This document shows, piece by piece, positions 1-12,684 of a DNA stretch of 64,000 nt (position 1 is its first letter; every line of letters starts with the position of its first letter). This stretch comes from Octopus vulgaris. Taxonomy: Eukaryota. The DNA is taken from positions 81,840,001-81,904,000 of the forward strand of contig OX597827.1 of NCBI GenBank assembly GCA_951406725.2, in the 5' to 3' direction. Position numbers and translations under genes: made by a program. The notes under the pieces were generated by a model. That model saw only the letters and a list, made by a program, of their open reading frames with translations. It was not told the DNA's origin and made no database searches.

Positions 1-215
1 CACCCCCTCCACATACATTTAATAACCCACCCACCACCTCCACCCACCGCCACCACCTCTGCCACCCTCTGTACTGAATCAACCTCAGCATTGTTGCTGT
101 TGTACCTAGGTACATATTTTCCTATATTTCTGATACCTTCAGACTACAACTACCACCACCACTGCTACCATTACCTACTGCTACTACTACATCCCATGCC
201 ACTACAACTGATATT

Positions 216-433
216 GGTTTCCAATTTTGGTGCAAGGCCATCAATTTCGACGAGAGGGTGGGTAAGTCGATTACATCAACCCCAGCACACAACTGGTATT
301 TATTTTATCGACCCTGAAAGGATGAAAAGTAAAGTGGATCCTGGTGGAATTTGAACTCAGAACGCAGTGACAGACAAAATGCTGTTGAACCGTTTGCCCA
401 GCATGCTAGCAGTTCCACCAGCACACCACCTTA
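216..433 (-). mobile_element. tRNA-derived SINE, family A (central GCCTTTCATCCTTTCGGGGTCGATAAA-type core, (ATT)n tail in most copies)
   Basis: Reverse complement aligns by eye with copies at 3930, 7742, 43758, 43983, 47108 and 62193; B-box-like GAGTTCAAAT and the shared central core are present. Confidence 0.85.
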
Positions 434-1212
434 CCACTCCCACTAACCACTATGATACCGTTTCCGTACCATCACCTCCCTACTACCACCTATACCACAA
501 TCTCATCTTGATTTGCTATTCCACCATTGTGCCAGTAATTCTATCTCTCCTACAACACTCTCTCCAACTGTAGCCTATGCTACTTCTATATACACTGCTA
601 CCAACACCACATAACACTACCTATACCACTAAAACATATACTGTCACAAACACCTACTTTTGCCAGTACTACGCCCACTGTTGTAGCATTCTCTCTCTGT
701 CAACAACACCACTACGATGCCACCACCATTTCTACTAGTACCAGGGCTATAATTCCCTCTCTGAACCACCACCATCACTCCCCCCTCCATCATACCATTA
801 TTCTACAGTGCCAGTGACACTTATTGATTTCAAAACTGATAAAATTCGCTGTTTCTTGCTACCATTGCCATTTCAAGAAACTGAGGGTGGTGGGGTGGGG
901 GGATAGTGTCATACAGGAGTGTATAATGGTATGTAGTGGGAGTGGTGGTGGTGGTGGTGTTGGTCATCATAGTGATGGTGATGATGTTGATGGTGGTAGT
1001 GATGATGATGGTAGTGGTGGTTGTATAGGTGGTCATTGTGGCAGTGATGGTAGTGATGTTGGTCATGGTGGTCATGGTGGGTGAGCCTCAGGTCAGTCCT
1101 GGTTGAATAGCTCTGGGATCAAAGGTTTTCCTTGCAATAGTTATCGCAACAGTTGTCCTAGAGGACAGAACTGTTTTTGGAGAAAATAGTTGCAAATACA
1201 AATATCCTTAAC

Positions 1213-1863
1213 CAGTGGTTCTCAACCATAAATGGACCCCTTTGATTCCTATTTGACTCAGCTGAACCCTCATCGCCATTCCATGTATATAAAAGAATTC
1301 TTTTGGTATTTTTATAATTAAAATCTTACAAGGAATTGTTTTAAAAAATTTTATAAAATATTTTGTGTATTGTAGAATTATAACCTACTAGCAGTATCAC
1401 CTGGCATTGCTCGGGTTTGTTTCGACCCTTTAGAATTGGAATTTTTGAAAAGTAAAAATTTTGCATTATGTAGCGTGTTATTCTCTTTAAGTGAACATTT
1501 TTCTGGTTGAAATACACCGAAAAATGGCAACACAGCAGTCAAAAAATCGTTAAAAATAGGGATTTTCATAGAAAAAAAGCACCTTTTTGATGTAAATAAT
1601 TTTTGGTGTTAACATGGTCCGATTTGAATTTTTTCTTCTATGGAAGGAAGAGTAAGCCTTTTTCTATCATATTCTCAATTTTGGTCAACTTGCACTGCAG
1701 GGTCTCGGAGGAGATAGTGTTAGTTGAAGGCTGCCAAACCTGCCACACATAGACAACTTCAGCTTTATATATATATATAGAGAGATTTATTGGGCATAAA
1801 TTTTAGCAACAAAATCTTATGTGAACCCTTATGGGCCATATGAACCCTAGTTTAGAACCACTG
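1213..1863. mobile_element. hAT (Charlie-like) MITE interrupted by a Helitron
   Basis: TIRs CAGTGGTTCTCAAC (1213) and GTTTAGAACCACTG (ends 1863). Flanking 8-mers TCCTTAAC/TTCTGGAC match 5/8 (decayed TSD); the right one resembles the NTCTAGAN Charlie target. Confidence 0.75.
1388..1785 (-). mobile_element. Non-autonomous Helitron
   Basis: On the minus strand it begins TC(TC)TATATATATAAAG and ends with a GC-rich imperfect hairpin (CCCGAGCAATGCCAGG) then CTAG. It sits between host A and T with no TSD. Confidence 0.8.
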
Positions 1864-2507
1864 TTCTGGACCTACAATTGAACATATTTCTGAATTTATT
1901 TGGTGAGAATCTGTTTTGAAATGAGTATTCAAGAAGGTCTACATAACTTCTGTTTCTCTGTTATTTGAGTGAGAGACATTAACTCAATAAAATTACTGCT
2001 GTAAAAATGATACGCATTGCCAAGAGAAGAGATGTTAAGGTTGCTGAAATTACAAAAGAGAGGTTTCTGTGCTTCTCTTGTTTATACTGGCTGTGGAAGC
2101 AGCAATTTTTTTTTTCGGTGCAGCTGTAGCTTACCTTAATATTATTCTTTATTGAAGATTATCGACTATCTCTTGTCTATGGAGAAATGTTAATTGAAAA
2201 GCTTCAAGAAAATCCTCACAATATTAGAATGAAATTAGAGTTAAAATGCACCTAAGTTCAACTTTTCCTTTGATCCTTTTTGGGTTGATAAGATAGGTAC
2301 CAGTTGAGCAATGGGAATAATGTAATTGACTTAAGGCCCCCTCCCCCGAAAATGCTGGCTTTGTGTCCAAATTTGAAACCAGTCTTAGAATAAGTGTTTA
2401 AACTATAAGGGGAATTGCATCATGTAAAATTCAGATTCCATTTGTATTATGAGTTCTAAATCTCTGAACGAGAAACATGCAGCAACAGTACAATAGAGTA
2501 AAGCTTT

Positions 2508-2638
2508 TTTGCCAACATAAAGTGGCAGTCCTGATCAGGACCAATGTTGCTGTTATTTAGCCCCTGAGATGATGTTTTCCTGGGGCTAAATAACAGCAAC
2601 ATTGGTCCTAATCAGGACTGCCACTTTGCATTGGCAAA
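2508..2638. repeat. Fold-back inverted repeat, 57-bp arms, 17-nt loop
   Basis: 2508-2564 versus the reverse complement of 2582-2638 differ at 4 positions. The left arm contains the perfect internal palindrome GTCCTGATCAGGAC; the right arm has one mismatch in it. Confidence 0.92.
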
Positions 2639-2699
2639 TATTGATATTGTCTTGGAAATACTATATTTTGTTTTGAAGTCGTTGTCTTTAACGTGTCAT

Positions 2700-3070
2700 T
2701 GCAATCAATGGAGTTGCTAGATGTTACTAATATTTTTAGATTGTTAATAAACTGTTGGAATTTATATTAGTAAACAGTAATTTCTTGATAGGTTTCCTGT
2801 AAGAATATTATCTGTCAGTAGTTAAAGCTAGACTTATATCTAAGACATCAACTCTGTTTAGATATGTATCCACTGTGATCTTTAAACATAACACTTTGAA
2901 AAATATTTACAAACTCCTTCATAAACAGCATCCATTTTATAGTTATTCATATGTTCCAAGATGGCTAGTCCTTCATCACAGTAATGACCAAACTCTTTGG
3001 GGTGGAATTTCTACTGTTGTAAATTTAAAATGTACAATTCTGTTAATTCTTCATCATATTATCACATATT
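2700..3070 (-). pseudogene. Highly decayed Penelope-like reverse transcriptase fragment
   Basis: Minus-strand translation gives EFGHYCDEGLAI (cf. PLE GLYRDDGL) then, after a frameshift, LKITVDTYLNRVDVLDISL..Y SYRKP..NINSN (cf. LKITIE..VDFLDVTL..PYRKP..YIN..SNHP). Stops and frameshifts are present. Confidence 0.7.
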
Positions 3071-3929
3071 GTTATTTTACTGGAGATCTTCCTTGTGGGA
3101 AACAATTCTCCAAAACAACAGAGTTGGCATTTCAAAGTTTGATCTTCCACTTCAGGGCCAGAAATGACTGCAGTCCCTAACGGCTATTAATCTTCTAGAA
3201 ATTTCTGGTGCAACCTCCCAGCAGGATATTGTTCTTACACAGAGGACAGCAGTGTTGCTATAAAATCAAGGAGACACCCTACGTCCACAACGGGAGACTG
3301 CTTCCACGCCTGGGACAATGCTGTTGTTGCTCACACATTAAAACATTGGAAAATAGCTTCAGCAAAAAGTTGCCTTTGACTTATTAACATGAAGTCACCG
3401 ACAAATACAATCCAACCTCTGGACTACAGATCTTCTGTGTTCACTCTCTGTCTTACCTACCACTACTACTATGGCTGATGCTCTTTGGCATTCACTTCTC
3501 TCATGTTACCAATATTAAGGTACTCCTCACACAATACTCATCCTCCACTCATCTTCAATATTGAGTGCAGCCCCTCAGGCTTCGTACTAAGCCCTACATC
3601 CAGCCCTCGCCTCTCCAATGCTGCTTCCTCCCTTTGTTCGTTCACGACCTCTCTTGACCTCATTTCTCTCAGGGTTTATACATTGGTGTGTATATGCGTG
3701 TGTGTGTGTGTGTATCTAAGTACATATCCTGTATGTGTGTGGATGTATGTGGAGGTGTGTCCATGTACGAATATCTCCATGTGTATATATGTGTCTGTGT
3801 ATGTCTATGTATGGGTTCCTGTATACATGTGTGTCTAGTAAATACATCTCTGACTAATGTTCCCATGGCAATATACATTAATAAATGTAAATATTACCGG
3901 TGATAATGTCTCTTAATATGCACAATCTG

Positions 3930-4152
3930 TAAGGCAGTGGAGCTGGCAGAATTATTAATGTGCCAGGCAAAATGCTGCTAAGCATTCTGTCTGTCGTCAT
4001 CATGCTCTGAGCTCAAATTCCACCAAGATTGACTTTGCTTTTAATTCTTTCAGGATTGATAAAATAGATAGCAGTTTAGCATGGGGGACGGGGGTCGATG
4101 TAATAGGCTTATCCCCTCCTCAGAATTGCTAGCCTTTGCCAAAATTGAAACT
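3930..4152 (+). mobile_element. SINE family A
   Basis: AAGGCAGTGGAGCTGGCAGAAT head through GCCTTTGCCAAAATTGAAAC tail; homologous to the other family A copies. Confidence 0.8.
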
Positions 4153-4228
4153 AATATATGTAAATATTATCTACATTAATATATGCAGTAGATGTAATAT
4201 ATGTAAGTATTAACCATGGTAATGTGAA

Positions 4229-4540
4229 GGCAGGTGGCTCAGTGGTTAGGGCTATTTGTCTCACAGTTGTAAGGTCATGAGTTCAATATTTGGCAGCATG
4301 ATATGTCCTTGAGCAAGACACTTTATTTTGTGTTGTTCCAGTCCATTCATTTTACAAAAATTAGTAGTACCAGTAATTCAAAAGGAGCCAGCCTTGTCAT
4401 GGTCTGTGTCTCACCGAATCTTCCTAAGAACTACGTCAAGGATACTTGTCTGTGGAGTACTCAGCCACCTGCTCAATAATTTCCAGAGCAACCTTTCCCG
4501 TTGATCAGGTCAACTGGAATGCTTGTCATCGTAACCAACT
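4229..4540 (+). mobile_element. tRNA-derived SINE, family C
   Basis: A-box TGGCTCAGTGG, B-box-like GAGTTCAAT and GTCCTTGAGCAAGACACTT core; homologous to 7262, 9712(-) and 48753. Confidence 0.85.
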
Positions 4541-4990
4541 CATGTCAATATATGTCAATATATGTTAATTTATGTTAATATATGTTAATATGTAACTTCA
4601 CAAAACTCAGTGAATATAGAAAAATGTTTTCATAAACATCTGTATTACTATTCTATACACATATACACACACACACACTCACCTGCACTCACACACACAC
4701 ACTCATAACGGTATTAGAGTGTAAGTGGCTGAGAAGTTCTCTAACACATAAACCCTTAATGTAATTCCCAGTGTGATATAAGGGGTACCTTTTGAATTGC
4801 TGTTACAGTTAATTTGCTGGGCTTCCACACAGTTTTCAGTATTATTCACAAAACACTTTGTTTGGTCCATGGCTAAAGAAAATGACACTGACTCAACATT
4901 AGTTTGAACCTGGGAACTCATGATTGCCAAACAAACTCCTTAACCTAGACGCTTTTCTAGAATTTCTTTTCTCATTTTGTTTATTTTTAA

Positions 4991-5211
4991 CCCTTTAGTG
5001 TTCAGATTATTCTGTCAAATGTGATGATTGTTTATTTATATTGTTTTGAAATAATCATGCATTATCTTGTAGATTTAGAGATTGCAGTGATGTGATTTTT
5101 TAGTTTTAGAATGACATGGTAGGGCTGAGGTGAGAGGCGAGAGCTGGTCAGTTTCTATATAAAACAGGTTAAATATTTTGGCCGGATATGGCCGGTTTGA
5201 ATGCTAAAGGG
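4991..5211 (+). mobile_element. piggyBac-like MITE
   Basis: TTAA|CCCTTTAG...CTAAAGGG|TTAA: TTAA TSD and CCC/GGG termini. Homologues at 5261 (inverted) and 47765. Confidence 0.85.
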
Positions 5212-5260
5212 TTAAACGACAAACCCCCTTATTAAATCTCTTGGTTAACAACTTTCTTAA

Positions 5261-5469
5261 CCCTGTAGCATTTAAGCCAGTCATATCTGTCCCAAATAGT
5301 CTCCCTGTTTAACATTTGAAGTAGGCAGGTCTGGCCTCTCACACCTGCTCTACAATGTCATCGTAAAAATGAATGATAGCAACATGGAGATCTTGAAGCC
5401 ATGAGATAATATGAAGCAGTGTAAATAAATAAACCTTACACTTGACAGGGTGTCCTGACGGCTAAAGGG
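5261..5469 (-). mobile_element. piggyBac-like MITE, inverted relative to 4991-5211
   Basis: TTAA|CCCTGTAG...CTAAAGGG|TTAA; the internal sequence is the diverged reverse complement of the neighbouring copy. Confidence 0.82.
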
Positions 5470-5741
5470 TTAATGCATCGAGGAAGTCATACATTAGGGA
5501 AGTTATTGGCCAGTCTGAGCTGCTGGTAAATTAGGGTTCATAGGGAATTGATGAGTAACAAGGGAGTACCGAGTGAGTGCCAGTTGTAGAACAACATAAT
5601 AGATTCCAAAATGATTCAAAAATAGAATTTCCAAAAAAAAAACCAAAATTCCAAAATTTAAAAACACAATAAATTCCAAAATTTAAAAAAATGGCGGGAA
5701 CGTAGTTGCCAACCCAATATATATGTATGTATATATATGTA

Positions 5742-5772
<31 letters not shown>

Positions 5773-6614
5773 GTATGTATGTATATGATGATAATATATT
5801 ATACTTTCACACACACAAATAGATAAAGACAGACGTAGGTAAGGCCTGATCAGTTGTATTTGATTTCCTTTGATATTTTAGAAATTCTATAGTATTGATT
5901 ATATTGCTGATTGTTGCAATAAAACTTATTAATTTGGGGAGCAGCCATTAAAGCTAACCACATCGCCACCAACACCGACACTACCACCACCACCACCATC
6001 ATTATGATGATCATCATTATCATGATGATCACCACAACAACCAGCACCATTGCAACCATCACCACTGTCACTGCTACCTTTGCCATCACCATCATCACCA
6101 CCACCAGCACTGCCACCACCACCACCATCATCATCATCTTTATCATCATCATCATCACTTTCACTATCATCATTTTATGTCCAATAACCATGCTGGCATG
6201 GTTCGGAGGAATTGTCACAGTCTAAGTCAGCCCATAACTGAATTTACTGTCCTTCACTTTTCCTTCTCCTGAGTGGGTCACACCATGATCCACTTGCACA
6301 TTCCATGTTTGTCATTATTTCCTTGCCTTGGTGTCTTTCTTGTTACACACACACGGAGGATTCTGGTTACCTTCCACCATAGCACCAACACTAATGAGGT
6401 TGTCATGTCCCTAGCAAGACCAAACACTTCTCTCTTCCCCCTCACATGCTGTCAAATAGTTCTGACAGCTGCTGTGTATTGCTGTAATAGCATTCAGACA
6501 TGTATGCATGCAGGAACCAAAATATAAATGACTTGTACATATCATGCTACTTTTTGCAACTATACATGTGTGCACATGTATGTGTGTGTGTGCATGTGCG
6601 TACATATCTATGCA

Positions 6615-6815
6615 TGCCAGGTGAAATGCTTAGCGGTATTTCGTCTGTTGTTACGTTCTGAGTTCAAGTTCTACTGAGGTTGACTTTGCCTTTCATCCTT
6701 TCGGGGTTGATAAATAAAGTACCAATTTCGCACTGGGGTCGATGTAATCGACTTAATCCCTTTGTCTGTCCTTGTTTGTCCCCTCTATGCTTAGCCTCTT
6801 GTGGGCAATAAAGAA
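6615..6815 (+). mobile_element. SINE family A variant with a different 3' tail
   Basis: Family A core GACTTTGCCTTTCATCCTTTCGGGGTTGATAAAT, followed by the tail TCCCTTTGTCTGTCCTTGTTTGTCCCC...GGCAATAAAGAAATA instead of the usual tail. Confidence 0.8.
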
Positions 6816-7230
6816 ATATATATATATGCACATGCACACACACGTGTGTGTGTATACATATAAATATATATGTATGTGTGATTAAAAAGATCCCTGCCTC
6901 CAAAGTGGCTGGTGCTGATCAATTGTGACTTCATCTGATGAAGTGAAATTAGTAAAGAAAGAGTCCCATGAGCCTGTTGTGAGGAGTGGAAACACCAAAC
7001 ATTTTGGACAGAGTCCTTCAGGGAAAAGTTGAAAGAGAAATTAATGAGACACAACTGAGTTGCAAATCCTTCCATTTGCAGCCAACCCCTTTTTCTTTTC
7101 TTTCTAACTTAGAAGATATAAAACTCTGCTGTGTCTCGTTTTCTCTTTTTTGAAATTTCGCCTGAAGAGACCCTGGCTTTTCTACTCCTCATGGTGAATT
7201 CATTGCCCTCTTGTTATCGATTTTACTACA

Positions 7231-7261
<31 letters not shown>

Positions 7262-7262
<1 letters not shown>

Positions 7263-7550
7263 CACATAACTTAGTGGCTGGAGGTTTTGGTCCATAATCG
7301 TAAAGTTCCAGTGGGGCCTGTTGTGTCCTTGAGCAAGATACTTCAGTTCACCTTGCAAAAATGAGTTGTACCTGCATTTCAAAGGGGCCAGCCTTGAAAC
7401 ATTTTGTGTCATGCTGAATCTGCTTGAAAACTACATTAAGGGTCAACGTGTCTGTAGACTTCTCAGCCACTTGCATGATAATTTCACAAGCAGACCGTTC
7501 TGTCGAGCGGATCAACTGGAACCCTCGTCACCATAACCAACCGAGTTCCA
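7262..7550 (+). mobile_element. SINE family C
   Basis: Homology to the 4229 and 48753 copies, including the GGATCAACTGGAACCCTCGTC tail. Confidence 0.8.
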
Positions 7551-7741
7551 GTGTCTATTAGATTATCTGGATGAACATTTAAGATGTTGAACAAAAAGAT
7601 TTGAGTTCAAATACCATGGGGTCAAATTTTCCTTCCCTTACTCTGGTGGGGGTGGGGATGGGGATGCAATAAAATGTAATAGCACCTACCCTACTAAATT
7701 TCATCATCATTATTATTATTATTAGTAGTAGTAGTAATATT

Positions 7742-7944
7742 AAACTGGCAGAATCATTGGCATGCTGGACAAAATGCTTAGCAGTATTTCATCTGTCTTT
7801 ACGTTCTGAGTCCAAATTTTGCTGAGGTCAGCTTTGCCTTTCATCCTCACAAGCAAATAAAATAAGTACCATTTGAACACTGAGGCCAATGTAATTGACT
7901 TACCCCTCTGCCAAACTTGCTGGCTTTGTGCCAAAATTTGAAAC

Positions 7945-7974
<30 letters not shown>
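7742..7974 (+). mobile_element. SINE family A with (ATT)n tail
   Basis: Family A head, core and tail followed by about 10 ATT units. Confidence 0.85.
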
Positions 7975-7975
<1 letters not shown>

Positions 7976-8470
7976 GAGTGAGAGAGCAGTGCATGCCATC
8001 AAAGTGACACTGGGGTACAAATATACGAAGCCCAGCATACCCATCATGACTACCCATCTGATAAGGGTACACCAGATACATGCATCACAACCATATGTGC
8101 ATGATATGGTGATCTCATATCAAGATAAACAGTGCATGACCTTGCAGGTGGGGCCCATCCTGCTCAAAAGGTCCCTAAATAAGGGTTGTTTAAGGATGAT
8201 GAATGAAACACCCTTGTGTCCAGGATGAATTATCCAAACTCCAAAGAATTCCTCTCAACACATGGCTATGATGCTCCCCCACTACTTCTGCCTGTGATCA
8301 AAGATGCTCATATCGTCAGCCCCTAAGAGACATGCTCAACTGGCTAAGGTCAAACAACTCACAAGCAAATCTGTGGTATTGGGCAGAATATTTGCTGTAG
8401 CCCATCTTTTTACACGAAGACAAAGCATGTACATGATGACACTTCCAATCAGTTAAGATCAGAAGACATG
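7975..8470. repeat. Unclassified interspersed repeat, family D
   Basis: About 310 bp of it recurs as a close reverse complement at 19367-19676; it starts directly after the (ATT)n tail of a SINE. Confidence 0.8.
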
Positions 8471-9190
8471 CGTCTTGTAATGTGTCAGGTCATTTATTAT
8501 TATTATTATTATTATTAATATTATCATTATCATATATGCTGGTTACAGTGCAACTCTACTAAATGTTGTTAGCTGAACTATGATAGGCTTCAGCACAGTC
8601 TCCATTTTACCCCAAATTCATTCACATGACTTTGATCCAACCCTTCATTTGGTCACAAAAACTCTTGCCTGTGTGTGAGCTACTTGGTATGATTGAACCT
8701 GAGACCTCGACACAAGCGGACTGACAACATTTCTGTTGTTAACCTGACACAGCTGATCTGAAATTCTCTTCTTCCCACAGATGTTCTCCCATTGGTTGCT
8801 CTATGTGTAGGTCACATGACACAGCATGACTATAATTATTGGTCTATGAGCAGGTCATGTGATGTAGCCTCACTGTAATTATGCTACACCAGTCATTAGA
8901 GGCAACATTGTACATAATTTGCTACAAATTTAGACATCTTCTTCCGTACCACCTCATTAGGCAGCTGTTTGATGCTGGTTTCTTTCTACAGTAAATGCCT
9001 CCACCGCTGTCACCACCATCACCATCAACACAACCACTGCCACCACTACTACACACCACCTCCACCATCACCACTGACTGAACCACCACCACCGCCAACA
9101 ATACCACGGCAACACACCACCTCCACTGCCACCATCATACCACACATATACAAATGCAAGTGCACACTCAGCTACAGATGGATTTCCATC

Positions 9191-9236
<46 letters not shown>

Positions 9237-9711
9237 CCACACCACCTCCTCACCTGAACCCCACCCTGGCTCTCATCACACCCACCAACCTCCACTCACC
9301 CACACACACATGCCATATACACATACATATACACTCATACACATCCCCACACATTCACCCCTTCTTCCTCCACATACAACTGCACCCCCCCTCCAAACAG
9401 AAACCTGCCCCACCTACCAACCACCTGTGGTGCTGCTAATCAACAACTGCCTCCACCACAGAGGGAACTGTATAGGCGGTAGTAGCAGAAGTGGTGCTGG
9501 TGGCGATGTAGAGATTTTGTAGTGTATTGCAGTGTCACAGGTGTAGCTGTGGTGGTGGGGTTGATGGCAGTGCTGTAGCTGGGGTGGTGGTAGCAGGGCT
9601 GCATTTGTACTATGCTAGTAGTAGTAGTGGCAGTGGTAGAAGTGGTGGTGGTGGTGGTGGTGGTGGAAACGCTTGTGGTGATGAGATATCTGTAATACTA
9701 GGTAGTAGGAA

Positions 9712-10044
9712 CACTCCATTGGTTGTTACGACGACGAGGGTCCAAGGGTCCCAGCTGACAAGGATCAATGGAACAGCTTGCTCGTGAAATTTATGTGCAA
9801 GTGGCTGAGTACTCCACAGACACATGTGTACCCTTAACTTAGTTCTTAGGGAGATTCAATGTGACACAGAGTGTTACAAGGCTGGCCCTTTGAAATACAG
9901 GTCGCACTTAGTTTTGCCAGCTGAGTGGACTGGAGCAATAAAGTGAAATAAAGTGTCTTGCTCAAGGACACAACCTGTCAGTGGGAATTGAACCCATGAC
10001 CTTACGACCATGAGCCGAATGCCCTAACCACTAAGCCACATGCC
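9712..10044 (-). mobile_element. SINE family C inserted in a GT-rich degenerate minisatellite
   Basis: Minus strand GGCATGTGGCTTAGTGGTTAGGGCATTCGGCTC...GGTTCAATTCCC head; full-length homology to family C. Confidence 0.88.
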
Positions 10045-10604
10045 TTCTGTAGTATATAGGTGATAGTTGAGATAGTAGTGATGGTCGTGGTGGTGACAGT
10101 GCTTGTAGTAGTAGTGGTTTTAGTGATGGTCGTGGTGGTGGCAGAAATGCGTGTGGTGATGAGATCTCTGTAGTGTATAGGTGATGGTATAGTGGTGGTG
10201 GTGGTGGTGGTGGTGGCAGTGGTAGTAGCGGCGCTGGTGGTTGTAGTGTTGGTTGCAGAAATACTTGTGGTGATGAGATCTCTGTAGTGTATAGGTGATG
10301 GTTGAGATAGTGGTGGTGGTGGTAGTTTCTATAAAGTACACATTGGCATGTGTATCTTACAGCTGGTAGCTTGTAGTATGAGTGTGGTGGGGAGTGGGGG
10401 TTCACAGCTGGCTGTTTATTGATTTCTCTTAATATTTCCAATAAATCTATAAATTCTTCTACATTCTTCAACAAACACTGATTCTGTGAACCAATAAGGG
10501 GACACCTCGACAGGGTAGCTACCCATCATAGAAATTAATACCAAATAACCCTCAAACCACCCCTTCAACGTGCATCCTCAGATGTATGCAAACATAGCTA
10601 TACA

Positions 10605-10614
10605 CATTTGTGTA

Positions 10615-10662
<48 letters not shown>

Positions 10663-10859
10663 TATATACATATAGATACACACATACATATATGAACTAT
10701 ATATGTATGAATAGATATATGTATATATACATATATATATATATGCATATATATACATATATATGTGAATAGAATTTTAGATACATGTCTGTCAGTATAT
10801 AGATAGATAGATAGGTTGGTAGATAGATATGCATATATATATATATATATATGTATGTA

Positions 10860-10893
<34 letters not shown>

Positions 10894-11035
10894 CATGCAT
10901 GGCATACCTCCAATACATATATGTATATACATACATACACATATATATGTGTGTGTGTTATGTGTATGTATGCACACATAAGTATATGTGTATATGTGTG
11001 TGTGTACATGTATGCTTCTGCATGTGTGTGTGTAT
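10605..11035. repeat. Compound (TA)n/(TG)n microsatellite field
   Basis: Directly visible dinucleotide repeats. Confidence 0.95.
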
Positions 11036-12684
11036 TGCAGATTCTGTAGCTGATTCCTTGATATTTAATTCTCCAAATTCCTACCCTAATCTCATCAGGA
11101 ACAGCTTTACCAAGGTTAATGGAACCTAATAACATCAGTAGAGTCACCAGCAGCAGCAGCAGCAACACCACCTCTATCATCATCACCACCACCACTGTTG
11201 TCATCACCATCATCACCATCATCGTCAATGTCGTCGTTGTCATCATCACCACCACCATCAACATCTTCATCACCACAACCACCATCATCAAGCTCATCAT
11301 CATCATCATCACCACCATCACCCTCATTGTCATAGATTCTGTTGTAGAATTAGGCCCTGTGAGCTTTGTATGCGAACCTTTCACTGTTCAGTCACAACTC
11401 AGTTCCATTTTGAAGAAAACCTTTGATCAAAGCCTTTCCAACCATGACACTCCTATCTTTATATATATATACATATATATTCACCGGTACATTGTCCAAT
11501 CTGTCCTTCTATTTCAAGACAGTAGAGAGTGATTTGTGTGAGATTTAGTTGCTATTTCTAGCACCTTCTCGTTACTATGACTCCACTGCAGGAAGTTGCT
11601 CGACTTTTAAAATCTGCAAAGAAAATGTAATTGAAAACCCTAACGAGAGTATTTCATTATTCTTTACTACATCATATTATAACTTTAACTAAAATTAATT
11701 TGAGACAATTTGTGTTGGTGTTTGTCCCCCACCACAGCTTGACAACTGGTGCTTGTTTGTTTACATCCCTGTAACTTAGCAGTTTCACAAAAGAGACCGA
11801 TAGAATAAGTACAATACTTAAAATAAGCCCTGGGGCTCAATTTGTTCACCTAAACACTTCAAAGTTGTGCCCCAGCATGACTTCAGTCCAAAGACTGAAA
11901 CAAAAAAATAAACAATAATTAGAACTGAGGCAGCTTTTAATTAAGTGTTTGATTAATCTTAAGCATCAATTTGACATTAATTGACTATAAACTGAGATTT
12001 AGCTTTAACATAAACTAGGATTTGCTATCATGAACTAAGTGTTGTTTCCAATTAACATAAAACTAGATTTGTTTTTAATTAACATAAACCAAAATTTGTC
12101 TCTAATTATCTTATATGAGGATGTTACCCTAATCACCTGTTTGGCTGGGTTCTTTTCGTTTTTGTTTTTTTTGTATTTTAAGAGAGCAGCTGAGCCCTTG
12201 ATGTTTCCCCTCCACCCACACCTGCAGCGATGTGAAACTAGTAGTAAAACACGTGACATTAGTAAGTAATTTGCATAATTTTTCTGCCATTCAACACAAA
12301 TTCGATGAAACCATCAACCAGAGCAGTCTCCATCATCGTTGCTCTTCTGGTTTTGTCTTGGACATGTGACACACCTCTACCATCTTAAAAACTTATCATT
12401 CTCATTATTATTAACATCACCATCTGCATGAGAAAAGCCAATACAGCCCTGGAGATCACTCCTTGTAGCATTTACACCTTGTATTGTGAGGTTTTGAGTT
12501 CAAATCCTGTTTGTTTTGATTTTGTCTTCCATCTTCCTCAAGTTTATAAAGTAAGAATCTGCCAAGCACTGGAGTCCTTTTCATTAACAGATCCTCACAG
12601 AAAAGCCTGTGCTCTTGTTCCGATATAAGAGATTGACATTATTGTTAAAAAGGAAGATTGCACTAAACATGGATATACATATAC

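Noticed and set aside
6925-6960. CTGATGAAGTGAAA resembling a hammerhead core; also CTGAAGAGACC at ~7162
   Set aside because: Only 3 nt lie between CTGATGA and GAAA (no stem II), and there is no stem I; the second lacks a downstream GAAA.
10552-11532. Long ORFs rich in YI/HT/CV/poly-T,I,M (also 24212-25055, 31395-32585, 57817-58200, 60566-61562)
   Set aside because: They are translations of stop-free di- and trinucleotide microsatellites, with no domain content.
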